DNA of 64,000 nt from Myxococcota bacterium. GTDB lineage: Bacteria; Myxococcota_A; Polyangia; Nannocystales; Nannocystaceae. A program made the translations under genes and the position numbers. Shown here piece by piece: positions 37,898-47,324 of this stretch. The stretch is from contig JBCCHT010000001.1 in the NCBI GenBank assembly GCA_039028615.1, forward strand, positions 192,001-256,000, in the 5' to 3' direction. Numbering within the stretch: the first letter of the stretch is position 1; each line of letters opens with the position of its first letter. The notes under the pieces were generated by a model, which ran no database searches, was not told the origin of the DNA, and worked only from the letters and a program-made list of their open reading frames with translations.

Positions 37898-38190
37898 TGG
37901 AGATCGGCGAGAAGAGCAATGTCCCCGCCACGGCCGGGGGCTCCGATGTAGAGGATCTGTCGGTCGATCCTGCACCCGGCTTCATGCGGCTGTGGGTGGT
38001 CGACCCCCGCTACGTTCGCGTGGATCCGGCCGAGCCCCTCCCCTACGAGATCCTCGACGAGGCGGGCAGCGTCATCGTTTCGGGCACGGTGGAGGACTGT
38101 GGGTATATCGACATCGAGCACCCGGGCGACGGCAGCATCTCGCTGCGCTTGGATGGCGAAGTCCTCACCGTGCACGACCAGCGGGGGTGA
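37894..38190 (+). CDS. Small protein resembling the transthyretin-like T6SS adaptor fold
   Basis: PAEPLPYEILDEAGSVIVSGTVEDCGYIDI resembles the PY.I...G...G.TD..G pattern; overlaps the upstream stop. Confidence 0.45.
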   Translation: MMEIGEKSNVPATAGGSDVEDLSVDPAPGFMRLWVVDPRYVRVDPAEPLPYEILDEAGSVIVSGTVEDCGYIDIEHPGDGSISLRLDGEVLTVHDQRG

Positions 38191-38229
38191 CCGGCCCCGG
38201 TCTGCTAGGGTAGTCCCCGCGCGACCGAG

Positions 38230-39738
38230 ATGACGGAGATAGGCGAAGGAACATCGACGGGCAGCGGGGGCTCGGGCGCTTCGGGGCGCACCTCATCGAG
38301 CAGCGGATCGAGTGCAGCACGATCCATGACCCTCGAGATCGGCTTCTTCTTCGACGGTACGGGCAACAACCTCCTGAACTCGGACCGGCCGATGCCGCGC
38401 GCGCCGGGTGACGACGAAGAGCGGAGCGCAGCTGAAGATCGAGCCTTGCGTGTCGGCACCAGCTACGGCAACGAGCCCTCCAACGTCGCGCTGCTGTCTC
38501 GGCTCTACTCGAACCGCGAGACGCCGAACTGGTCCGGCGGCACCCTACGTCGCCGTGGCGTCTACCTCGACGGCATCGGCACGACCACCAGCCGCCTCGA
38601 CTCCGGGGAGTCCACCGCATTCGGCACTGGCCAGGCCGGCGTCTCGGAGCGGGTCCGTGCCGCGTGCCAACGACTCCGCGCCGAAGCCACGACTCGGCCC
38701 ACCGAGATCATCGTCGACGTATTCGGCTTCAGTCGGGGCGCCGCAGCGGCCCGTTACTTCGCCAACTGCCTCGCCCGACGCTCCTTCGAACGAGTCAGCA
38801 TCAGCGGGCTTTTTGGTCCCCCCGTCGTCCTCGGACGCATCGCTCTCCCTCGGGTCACCGTTCGCTTCGTGGGCATCTTCGACACCGTAGCCGCCATCGG
38901 CTACGTCGATGACGACGGAGACGTGAGCGATGCAGACAACGCCGACGTCAATGTCCATCTGCGTCCCGACTCCGCAGAGACCGTTCATCATTTGATCGCG
39001 GCGAACGAGTACCGAAAGAACTTCGCGCTCAACTCCATCCGCGGCCGCGGGTCGACCGCCCTTCCCGCGGAGTGGCGAGAAATCGCTCTTCCTGGCGCAC
39101 ACTCCGACGTCGGGGGTGGCTACCGTGGACGTGGCGAAACCGTCGTATGCGTGGAACCGGTGAGCGAACGCTTCGCCACCGACGCCGAAGCACAGCAGGC
39201 GCAGCGGGCGTACCACCACCGATGCCACGCGTTCTCGGCACGAATGGTGCGAGAGCTCTACGTCCCTGCGGCACGTCGACACCAAGACCTCCGAATGGGC
39301 TACGACTCTCGAATGCCCGTCACCCACCCGGACGGCGGCCCGCCCTACCAGTACGAGGCCGCCTTCGTGTGGCGGCGCCCCGGTCTTCGGCTGGGCCTGA
39401 GCCGAATCCCACTGCATCTGATGCACAAGCGAGCGCAAGAGTGTGGGGTACCGTTCGACGACATCCCGAGCACCCCCCGGTTTCAGATCCCAGACGACCT
39501 TCTGTCTCTACACCGAACCCTCGACCAAGGACGGGACCCCTCGCGTACTGCCCTGGCCCACGCGCATCAGAACTACGCGCATTGGTCCTGTCACTGGGGC
39601 AGGAAGCGCGGAGCGAATCCCCGGTTCTTCTCGGCCCCTCCGGCCTTTCCCGATATCGGTTTGCTGGCGCCCGCGGACAACTTCGAGAGAATCGTTCACC
39701 CCAACCAACAAAACCGAGCGGAGCGCCGCCGTCCGTGA
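38230..39738 (+). CDS. DUF2235 T6SS phospholipase effector (Tle1-like)
   Basis: FFDGTGNN, SNVALL, DVFGFSRGAAAAR, GIFDTV, EYRKNF, LPGAHSDVGGGY. Confidence 0.9.
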   Translation: MTEIGEGTSTGSGGSGASGRTSSSSGSSAARSMTLEIGFFFDGTGNNLLNSDRPMPRAPGDDEERSAAEDRALRVGTSYGNEPSNVALLSRLYSNRETPNWSGGTLRRRGVYLDGIGTTTSRLDSGESTAFGTGQAGVSERVRAACQRLRAEATTRPTEIIVDVFGFSRGAAAARYFANCLARRSFERVSISGLFGPPVVLGRIALPRVTVRFVGIFDTVAAIGYVDDDGDVSDADNADVNVHLRPDSAETVHHLIAANEYRKNFALNSIRGRGSTALPAEWREIALPGAHSDVGGGYRGRGETVVCVEPVSERFATDAEAQQAQRAYHHRCHAFSARMVRELYVPAARRHQDLRMGYDSRMPVTHPDGGPPYQYEAAFVWRRPGLRLGLSRIPLHLMHKRAQECGVPFDDIPSTPRFQIPDDLLSLHRTLDQGRDPSRTALAHAHQNYAHWSCHWGRKRGANPRFFSAPPAFPDIGLLAPADNFERIVHPNQQNRAERRRP

Positions 39739-39873
39739 GCGCGGTCGAGCACGGGGCACGGCCGCGCCTACGCTCGACGCCCCTACGAGCCGGGTGGTAG
39801 GGTCCCTTGCGCCGCCCCTTCGAAGACGCCCGCTCGGGTGCTCCGCCCGACCACGGGGACGAGAGACCAACCG

Positions 39874-42174
39874 ATGAGCAGCCCGGCTGAAACTGCCTCT
39901 TTGGGAGGCCCCGCGATCGAGCGCGTGGCCTATGCGGTGACCCTGCGCGGCGCTCCGGATCTCGACTGGCGCGTCCGTCGGTTCTGGCACACGGAGGCAA
40001 TCTCGCAGCCCTACGAGCTGGAGCTCGACCTGGTGGCGGGCATCCTCGAGCAGTTCGCCGACACGGACGAGCTGCTCGGCGCCGACGTGGGCATCGAGAT
40101 CCAGCGGGGCCCGCTCGTCCGGGCCGTCTCCGGCATCGTGCACCGGGTCTACGACGTGGGCGTCGAGGATGGCGAGCACCAGGTCTTGCGGATGACGGTG
40201 GTGCCTGCCTGGCACTACCTCGAGCAACATGTCGACTGCCGCATCTTCCAGGACATGACCGTCCCCGAGATCCTCGAGGCCGTGCTCGGCGAGGCGCTGG
40301 GGCTCTACGGGCGTAGCGTCGACGTATCGAAGCTGGGCGATTCCTACATCACTCGCGACTACTGCGTGCAGTACTCGGAGTCGGTGTTCGACTTCGCGAG
40401 CCGGCTGATGGAAGAAGAAGGCATCAGCTACGTGTTCCGCCCCGAGAGCGACGACGCGGATGCGGTCGAGCAGATGGTGCTCATCGATCACATCGAGGGG
40501 TCGCCCAATGCGTCGTTCGAAGACATCGAGGGCCTGTTCGAAGAAGAAGTCCAGGTGCGGTCCCACGAGCCCGACATCGCGCCCGAAGAGACGGTGCAGG
40601 CGCTGGCGTGGAGCATCGAGGAGCAGGTCAACCAGGTCGTCCTGCGCCGCTTCAACTGGAAGCGCCCGCTCGCCAGCCCTTCGATGGAGGCCGAGGCTTC
40701 GGTGGATGCCGTTCGCAGCCGTCGGCGGTCACTGTATGTGCCCGATGATCGCCGTCGCGTGACCGATCGCCGCGACGACGACGCCTACTCCGGCACCGAG
40801 GTTCACGAAGACGAGGACATGAGCGTCCGTCGTCGCTACGAGAAGAAGCTGGCCAACAGCGGCCGAGGACGGGGTGCGTCCAACCTCATCGGTATGATCC
40901 CGGGCGGCACCTTCACTCTCGGCGACCACGTCGATCCGATCGCTTCGGGTCAGCGACTGCTGGTGACGCGCGTCGTCCACACCGGTGAGGCCGACGATTT
41001 CGACGGCGGCGACGCGGCTCGGGTGACCTACTCGAACACCTTCGAGTGCATTCGGGCGGAGACTCCCTTCCGCCCCACGCTGTCCACCCCGCGCCCGCGC
41101 GTCCACGGCCCCCAGACGGCCTTCGTCACCGGGCCCGAGGGTCAGGAGATTCACACCGATCAGCACGGGCGGATCCAGGTGCGCTTCCACTGGGATCGCA
41201 GCCCCGCCAATGCAGGCGATACATCGTGCTGGATTCGCGTGGCGCAGACCTGGGCGGGGCCGAGCTGGGGTGCGTGGTTCCTGCCGCGGGTCGGTATGGA
41301 GGTCCTCGTCGAGTTCCTCGACGGCAACCCCGATCGCCCGCTGGTCACCGGCTGCGTCTACAACGGCGCCAACGCTCCCCCCTACCCGCTGCCCGACAAC
41401 AAGACCATCAGCACCATCAAGACCAACAGCAGCCCGGGCGGCACTGGCTTCAACGAGCTGCGCTTCGAGGACGCCAAGGGCAGCGAAGAGATCTTCATGC
41501 ACGCCCAGCGCAACCTCGCCGAGGTGGTGCTCGCCGATCGCAGCGCCGAAGTCGGCAACGACGACCGCGAGGTCGTCGGCAACGACAAGTCCATCGACGT
41601 CCAAGGCTTCCACCAGGAGGGCATCGGCAAGGACATGACGCTGCAGGTGGGCGCGAACCACAGCGCGTCCATCGGGGGCGACCACCAGCAGACCGTCTCC
41701 GGTAGCTCGTCCGAGTCGGTCAGCGGCACCGCCGACCTCACCATCGACGGGGCAGCCACCACCACGATGGGGGCGGACTACACGGAGAGCGTGGGGTCCA
41801 ACAAGAGCGTGAGCGTGGGCGGCGATTTCGAGACGCGCTGCGACGGGGCCGTCCGGCAGTTCGTCGAGCTGTCGACCACGCTGACCTCGGGCAAGGACGC
41901 GACCATCAAGACGTCCAAGTCGATGCTGCTCGAGGCCGAGGACCACATCAGCCACACGGCGCACAAGAAGATCAACGTGGTCGCGGGCGACAACCTCAAC
42001 ATGAAGACCGACAAGAAGGCGTTCATCGCCGCCGCCGAGGAGCTGACGCTCCAGGTCGGCGACGCGCAGATCGTCCTCAAGAGCAACGGCGACATCTCGA
42101 TCAACGGCGCCACGATCACCATCGATGGGAGCGGCGCCGTCTCGGTGCGCGGCTCGACGGTGGACCACAACTGA
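39874..42174 (+). CDS. vgrG: Type VI secretion spike protein VgrG
   Basis: RIFQDMTVPEI, YCVQYSES, GPQTAFVTGP, WIRVAQ, PRVGMEVLVEFLDGNPDRP, NELRFED, gp5-type C-terminal repeats. Confidence 0.96.
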   Translation: MSSPAETASLGGPAIERVAYAVTLRGAPDLDWRVRRFWHTEAISQPYELELDLVAGILEQFADTDELLGADVGIEIQRGPLVRAVSGIVHRVYDVGVEDGEHQVLRMTVVPAWHYLEQHVDCRIFQDMTVPEILEAVLGEALGLYGRSVDVSKLGDSYITRDYCVQYSESVFDFASRLMEEEGISYVFRPESDDADAVEQMVLIDHIEGSPNASFEDIEGLFEEEVQVRSHEPDIAPEETVQALAWSIEEQVNQVVLRRFNWKRPLASPSMEAEASVDAVRSRRRSLYVPDDRRRVTDRRDDDAYSGTEVHEDEDMSVRRRYEKKLANSGRGRGASNLIGMIPGGTFTLGDHVDPIASGQRLLVTRVVHTGEADDFDGGDAARVTYSNTFECIRAETPFRPTLSTPRPRVHGPQTAFVTGPEGQEIHTDQHGRIQVRFHWDRSPANAGDTSCWIRVAQTWAGPSWGAWFLPRVGMEVLVEFLDGNPDRPLVTGCVYNGANAPPYPLPDNKTISTIKTNSSPGGTGFNELRFEDAKGSEEIFMHAQRNLAEVVLADRSAEVGNDDREVVGNDKSIDVQGFHQEGIGKDMTLQVGANHSASIGGDHQQTVSGSSSESVSGTADLTIDGAATTTMGADYTESVGSNKSVSVGGDFETRCDGAVRQFVELSTTLTSGKDATIKTSKSMLLEAEDHISHTAHKKINVVAGDNLNMKTDKKAFIAAAEELTLQVGDAQIVLKSNGDISINGATITIDGSGAVSVRGSTVDHN

Positions 42175-42197
42175 CCTCGGCTCCAGGAGCAGCAACG

Positions 42198-42698
42198 ATG
42201 GCGAAGCAAGCACAACACACGACCGGGGCCGACTCCGCCACCGTCGCCCGCAACGAGCCCTCTTCGCCCAACGTCGCCCCGAGTACGGGCCTGCGCGCGG
42301 CCGAGTTCATGGGGCTGTCGGCCGACGGCCACCCGCTGGTGCAGCCGACCCACGGCACGCAGACGCTCGAGGTCCGCACCACCATTCCGCTGACGACCGA
42401 GCACATCGGCGAGACCGTATTGCTCGCGACGGTCGATGGCTTCGATCACCCCGTCGTCACCGGCCGAGTCCTGCCGCCGAGCCCTCCGCCGACCACCGTC
42501 GCCCCCCCGGGCCCGGTCACCGTGCACGCCGATGGCCAGACGGTCGCGATCGAGGCCGAGCAGGAGCTCGTGCTTCGCTGCGGTGAAGCCAGCCTGGTGC
42601 TCCGCCGCGACGGCTTCGTCGAGCTGTGTGGCGTCGACGTCGTGAGTCGAGCCGAGCGAGGCAACTGGATCAAGGGCGGGAGCATCTCGCTCAACTAG
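42198..42698 (+). CDS. DUF6484-like T6SS accessory protein
   Basis: DGQTVAIEAEQELVLRCGEASLVLRRDG...NWIKGGSISLN. Confidence 0.8.
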   Translation: MAKQAQHTTGADSATVARNEPSSPNVAPSTGLRAAEFMGLSADGHPLVQPTHGTQTLEVRTTIPLTTEHIGETVLLATVDGFDHPVVTGRVLPPSPPPTTVAPPGPVTVHADGQTVAIEAEQELVLRCGEASLVLRRDGFVELCGVDVVSRAERGNWIKGGSISLN

Positions 42699-42710
42699 CG
42701 CTCGAGCCCG

Positions 42711-43832
42711 ATGGCGCACGCGAAGGAGAGTCGGAGCCCGCACGGCATCGCCACTGGAGGGCAGGCGCCCCCGCTGGCCGTGCTGCAGGTCGGGTGTGTG
42801 TCTCCGGTGGGCCTCGACGCCGAGCAAACGGCGGCGTCTTTGTGGGCCGGAGTGCCCCGCAAGCAGAGCACGCCGTTCGTGGACCGGCAGCGCCAACCGA
42901 TCGTGATGGGGCACCTGCCCGAGGCGGTGCTGCCTCCGCTGGTCGATGCTCTGCGCGAGCAACGAACTCCGCTCACCGCGCTGCAGCGACGGCTGCTTCG
43001 CCTCTGTGGCCCTGCATTGTTCGAGGTGCTCGAGACCTCGTTGGCCGCGGCCCCCGACTTCGCGCCCCCGCTGTGGCTCGCGGTTCCAGAGTCGACGCCC
43101 GATCATCCCGAGATCGCGGGCGGCCAGTTCATCGCGCAGGCCATGAAGCAAGCCGAGGTCAACCTCGACCTCGCCCATAGTCGCGTGTTCCCGTCGGGGC
43201 ACGCGGGCCTGTTCAGCGCCGTCCACCACGCGCAGCGGGAGATGACCGCCGCGGGTATCGAGCTGGCCGTGCTCGGTGGCGTCGACAGCTACTCCGATCC
43301 GATGCGCCTAGCTCGACTCGAAGCCGAGGGACGACTCCGCACCCGAGGCCCGCAGGATGCCTTCACCCCCGGGGAAGCGGCCGCGTTCCTGCTGGTCGCC
43401 ACCCAGCAGCTGTGTGCCCGCCACCAGCTCGAGCCCCTGGCGTGGATCGATGCCGTGGGCTTGGCGCAAGAGCCCGGGCATCGCTACAGCGAGCAACCGT
43501 ACCGAGCGGAAGGGCTCGCCGCCGCCTTCTCGCAGCTGTTCGACCGCCCTCCGTCTCCACCGATCGAGCTGGTGATGGCGGGCTTCAACGGCGAGAACAT
43601 GCACGCCAAGGAGTGGGGTGTCGCGTACCTTCGCAGTCGTGAGCACTTCTCCGCGTCCCTTCGCATCGAGCATTCCGCCGAGTACATCGGAGACGCGGGC
43701 GCCGCGTTGGCGCCCGTGATGGCCAGCATCGTCGTCCGTGCCGCGCACGACGGTCGCCTCCCCGGCCCCACGCTGGTGTGGGGCTCCTCCGATCACGAAG
43801 CCCGTGGAGCGCTGTTGCTCCGCGCCGCCTGA
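42711..43832 (+). CDS. Beta-ketoacyl-synthase-like T6SS accessory protein (PRK06147-like)
   Basis: GCVSPVGLDA, LGGVDSY, FTPGEAAAFL, FNGE...EWG, IGDAGAA; position between VgrG and DUF4150. Confidence 0.85.
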   Translation: MAHAKESRSPHGIATGGQAPPLAVLQVGCVSPVGLDAEQTAASLWAGVPRKQSTPFVDRQRQPIVMGHLPEAVLPPLVDALREQRTPLTALQRRLLRLCGPALFEVLETSLAAAPDFAPPLWLAVPESTPDHPEIAGGQFIAQAMKQAEVNLDLAHSRVFPSGHAGLFSAVHHAQREMTAAGIELAVLGGVDSYSDPMRLARLEAEGRLRTRGPQDAFTPGEAAAFLLVATQQLCARHQLEPLAWIDAVGLAQEPGHRYSEQPYRAEGLAAAFSQLFDRPPSPPIELVMAGFNGENMHAKEWGVAYLRSREHFSASLRIEHSAEYIGDAGAALAPVMASIVVRAAHDGRLPGPTLVWGSSDHEARGALLLRAA

Positions 43833-43877
43833 TCCGCCGATACTCGACTGACCCCGCCCCCGGAGAACTGCTCGAAG

Positions 43878-44258
43878 ATGGCCCAGAAAACCTTCGCGAA
43901 CGGTCGAGGCATCGCCCACGGGGGCAGCGGCGGCATGAGCATCGTGTTTCCCGACGTCTGCAACACGCCGACCTCCACCGGGCCGGTCCCCATCCCCTAC
44001 CCCAACATCGGGAACTCCGCCGACGCCACGGGAGGCCCCTCCGCCGCGCGATGCGACGGTGAGATGCCCATGGTCAAGGGCGCCACCTACGGGAAGTCTT
44101 CAGGCGACGAAGCGGGCTCGGCGGGCGGGCTCGTCAGCGGGATGAACACGGGCGAGGCCGAGTTCATGCTGTATTCGTTCGACGTGCGCATCGAAGGCGC
44201 GAACGTGTGTCGACTCGGCGACCCGCTGTTCCACAACGGCAAGAACACGATGGGCTAG
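43878..44258 (+). CDS. PAAR-like DUF4150 (PIPY) spike-tip protein without toxin extension
   Basis: FPDVCNTP...PVPIPYPN, SSGDEAG, SFDVRIEGANVCRLGD...HN; stops after 126 aa. Confidence 0.92.
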   Translation: MAQKTFANGRGIAHGGSGGMSIVFPDVCNTPTSTGPVPIPYPNIGNSADATGGPSAARCDGEMPMVKGATYGKSSGDEAGSAGGLVSGMNTGEAEFMLYSFDVRIEGANVCRLGDPLFHNGKNTMG

Positions 44259-44268
44259 GAGCGGGCTC

Positions 44269-44847
44269 GTGGCAGAGCAACGCTGGATCTGGGGCACGAG
44301 CCCCACGAACGAGCAGCAGGAGCGGCTCGACGATGCGCCCCTCGAAGTGGTCACCCACGGCTTCGCCTTCGACGAGGGCGTGCTGATCACGGACGAGATT
44401 CCCACGCTCACCATCCGCCGCAACGCCGCTACCGTCGGAGATCCAGCCGACTACCTGATGGTCCCCGGCGCGCGAGGGTTTCTGGTCTCGCCTCGGCTGC
44501 GGGCCGTGCTCGACTCCCGCGCGGTCGACAACATCCAGTACTTCCCGGTTCGACTCGAGACCCCGGCGGAACGCTCCGTGCGAGAGGACTATGCGATCGC
44601 CAACCTCGTGGGTCGCGTGCGATGCATCGACATCCGGGGCTCCGAGCTCAGCATGGATCCGACGCACCCGCGGGAGATCATGTTCGCCGATTCGCTGGCG
44701 CTGCGCCCCGATCTGCCGGACCTGCCCATGTTTCGCGCAGCCGAGTCGGCCCGCGTCATCGTGGTGACCGAGGACCTCCAGGCAGCGTGCAGTGCCGCCG
44801 GGATTCGGGGCCTCGAGTTCAGCCGCCCCGCCGAGACCACGCTTTGA
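44269..44847 (+). CDS. Imm11/DUF1629-type immunity protein
   Basis: LVSPRLRAVL...IQYFPV...YAIAN...CID...FR...IVVTEDL...GIRGLEF. Confidence 0.75.
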   Translation: MAEQRWIWGTSPTNEQQERLDDAPLEVVTHGFAFDEGVLITDEIPTLTIRRNAATVGDPADYLMVPGARGFLVSPRLRAVLDSRAVDNIQYFPVRLETPAERSVREDYAIANLVGRVRCIDIRGSELSMDPTHPREIMFADSLALRPDLPDLPMFRAAESARVIVVTEDLQAACSAAGIRGLEFSRPAETTL

Positions 44848-44862
44848 GCCTCGCGGAAGGCT

Positions 44863-46185
44863 TCAGCGCCGCCGCGCCCAATCGCCGGCCGAGCCCGAGG
44901 TGATCGGGAACATCGCGCGGGCGCGTTGCTGCTGACACTGGAGCAGCCCCGGCCATGCCGGCACATGGGCGCCGTAGCGGATGTCCAGCTCTTCGAGCAT
45001 CCAGCCGCGGATCTCGGCTCGATCGTCGGTGCGCGCCACCGCCTGGAGGACCCGCGTGGGCTCGATGGCCACGCCATGGCGTACTCTCGTCGTCCCGGCG
45101 GGTCGCGGGCGACCTCCCCAGTCGGCGATCCACTCGCTCCATACCTGCCGCTCACGCGACAGCCGGGCAACGAGCAGCGCTGGTCGACGCTCGTCATCAT
45201 TCCCGGGCTCCGCCTTGGGATCGCGGGCATGGGCCTCTTCGCGCAGCGGAGCGCCCGTGAGCAGGAACAGGGCCTCGGCCGCTGCCGCGCCGCACTGCTC
45301 GTCACCCAGCAGGTCCAGCAAGGGCTCGATGGCATGCTGTGCACCGAACAAGCCCAATGCGATCGCTCGATCCGGCGTCGGCTCGGCGAGCACGCCGTCG
45401 CGAAGCCGAGTCCATTGCTCGGTGCCCGCCGCCAACGCCAGAGGAACCGCCGCCCACTCTTCGGCCGCCACGACGTGGGACAGGTAGCGAACCACCGCCT
45501 CGGGCTCGAAGCGCAGGGCTGCGATCGCGGCTGCCCGACGCACCGCCCCGTCCTCCGGCTCCTGAATGAGCGCCTCCAACTCCGGCACCGCGTCCGCCGT
45601 GCGCAGCGCTCCCGTGGCCCACGCGATGGCCTCCAGGTCGCCGACACGATCCTCGAGCACGCCGACCAACGAGTCGCCCACCGGCCACCCTCGCATCCCG
45701 GCCACCCGAGCGAGAGGCCCCAACGCCTGCTCCGGCGCGGACTCATCGTCGAGGATCGCCCCGACCAACTCTCGCCAAGAATCGGGGGCATCCCACGCGA
45801 GGGCATCGACCACCGCCTGCGCATGCCGGGGCCGGCTCCAGTCGAGCTGCTCGACCCACTCGTTGAAGCGCCGCGCCCAGTCCATGCGCGCCACGATGCG
45901 CAGACCGACCGCCAGCTCCCCCACCCGGTTGCCGCCGATGCGCTCGTCGCAGTCTTCCACGACCAGCGCCCCTCCGCGGCACAACGCTTCCACGTGGGCA
46001 TCAGCACGGGCTTCCACGCCACTCCAGGCGTCCGCGTCGAGCAAAGCGCCTTGCTCGTGCATCACCCCTCGCCGGGTGTAGGCCCACGATGCCTCGCGCC
46101 AGTGGTGGTCGAGCAGGCTTCGCGCAAATGCAGCGGCCGCGGGCGGAAAGCGGGACAGAGTGCGTTCGAGCGGCATGGTCTTCAC
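44863..46185 (-). CDS. TIGR02270-family HEAT-repeat T6SS accessory protein
   Basis: EARADAHVEAL, ALGLFG, AAEALFLLTG, RVRHG; GTGA overlap with DUF2169 (alternative start 46176). Confidence 0.8.
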   Translation of the reverse strand: MKTMPLERTLSRFPPAAAAFARSLLDHHWREASWAYTRRGVMHEQGALLDADAWSGVEARADAHVEALCRGGALVVEDCDERIGGNRVGELAVGLRIVARMDWARRFNEWVEQLDWSRPRHAQAVVDALAWDAPDSWRELVGAILDDESAPEQALGPLARVAGMRGWPVGDSLVGVLEDRVGDLEAIAWATGALRTADAVPELEALIQEPEDGAVRRAAAIAALRFEPEAVVRYLSHVVAAEEWAAVPLALAAGTEQWTRLRDGVLAEPTPDRAIALGLFGAQHAIEPLLDLLGDEQCGAAAAEALFLLTGAPLREEAHARDPKAEPGNDDERRPALLVARLSRERQVWSEWIADWGGRPRPAGTTRVRHGVAIEPTRVLQAVARTDDRAEIRGWMLEELDIRYGAHVPAWPGLLQCQQQRARAMFPITSGSAGDWARRR

Positions 46186-47201
46186 GCTCCCGGCGGTGCC
46201 TGCTCGATCCGCACCGTGCGGACGTCGAGCAGCTTCTTGTCCACGGTCAGGATTCCCCGCCAGGTCATGGTGAAGCACTCGTCGTTGGGCTCGAGCACCA
46301 CCGTATCGAGCGAGACGGGCACCGCCTGCTCGGACCGAGCCCACTCGACGACGACCGCGGGCCGCTGCTGCGGAAGGGCGAACTGCAGCACGCCGCGGGG
46401 ATGAAAACCCCGGACCACGACCGGCTCGCCTCCTTGGAGCGGCTGCGGAAACGCCAGGCCTTCGGGCGCCATGTGGAAGAACCGAGGGTCGAAGTCGCGG
46501 GGCAAGTATGGCGCCCGCTTCTTTTGCCACGCGTCGTCGTAGGTCCCCGCGTACTGCAGCCGCGGCAGCCACGAGGGCGCCACCGGACCAAAGCCCGCCA
46601 CGGTTCCGGTTGGCCCGGGCGTCTCCACCGGATCCTGGATGTCCTCGATGTTGGGCACGGGCTGGCCCAAGGCCGCGCGATCGGATCGTCGACGGTAGAA
46701 CCCGACCCCGACCGGATTGCGCTGCTCGCCCGCGACGACCTCGCCCGTAGGTCCCCGCTCCAAGCCCCCGAAGGCACGCTCGAAGACGACCGGCATGCGC
46801 ATGAAAGGCTCGGCCCGACTCGGTCGAAGGCCACGAACGCCCTCCGTCCAGTGGCGGTCACCGTGGACGCGTGCCGCCTTGCCGCGCCCCGCCACGCTCA
46901 CCGCCACATCGAGCTGGGGCACCGGCCGCTGCTCGGGGGCACAGGCATCCCCGACCACGATCACGTCGGTGCCCGGCTTGGGCAGGTGCGCCTCCGTGGA
47001 CGCGCGCAGGCTCGACGCCCCCGCCTCACCCACATACTCGTCGGCCAGCACGATGGGCCGAGGCTCCTCCGCCAGGTCAACCTGCCCGCCGCGGATCTGA
47101 AAGGTCCCCTTGACCACGATCACGAGCGAATCGACGCCATCGGCATCCGGCAGCCCGAAGATCTGCGCGGCAAACGGCGACGTGTCGTTCAGCTGGAGCA
47201 C
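46182..47201 (-). CDS. DUF2169 T6SS adaptor/chaperone
   Basis: NDTSPFAA, VVKGTF, KPGTDVIV, FERAFGG, NPVGVGF, GFGPVAPSWLPRLQYAGTYD, LDTVVLEP. Confidence 0.93.
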   Translation of the reverse strand: MLQLNDTSPFAAQIFGLPDADGVDSLVIVVKGTFQIRGGQVDLAEEPRPIVLADEYVGEAGASSLRASTEAHLPKPGTDVIVVGDACAPEQRPVPQLDVAVSVAGRGKAARVHGDRHWTEGVRGLRPSRAEPFMRMPVVFERAFGGLERGPTGEVVAGEQRNPVGVGFYRRRSDRAALGQPVPNIEDIQDPVETPGPTGTVAGFGPVAPSWLPRLQYAGTYDDAWQKKRAPYLPRDFDPRFFHMAPEGLAFPQPLQGGEPVVVRGFHPRGVLQFALPQQRPAVVVEWARSEQAVPVSLDTVVLEPNDECFTMTWRGILTVDKKLLDVRTVRIEQAPPGA

Positions 47202-47324
47202 GGGTCTCGGCCCGTCGAATCTACTCCTCGCGCCATGCTCCGCTCAAGCGCGAGCCTGCGGTGAAAGCCCAGGCCGCCCCTTGATCTCCCGTGAGCCAAT
47301 CGCCACGATGTTAGCTGCTCTTCC

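Noticed and set aside
42711..43832. Fatty-acid/polyketide ketosynthase gene
   Set aside because: No ACP or PKS context, and the expected catalytic Cys position reads SGHAG; the context matches the T6SS-associated PRK06147-like family.
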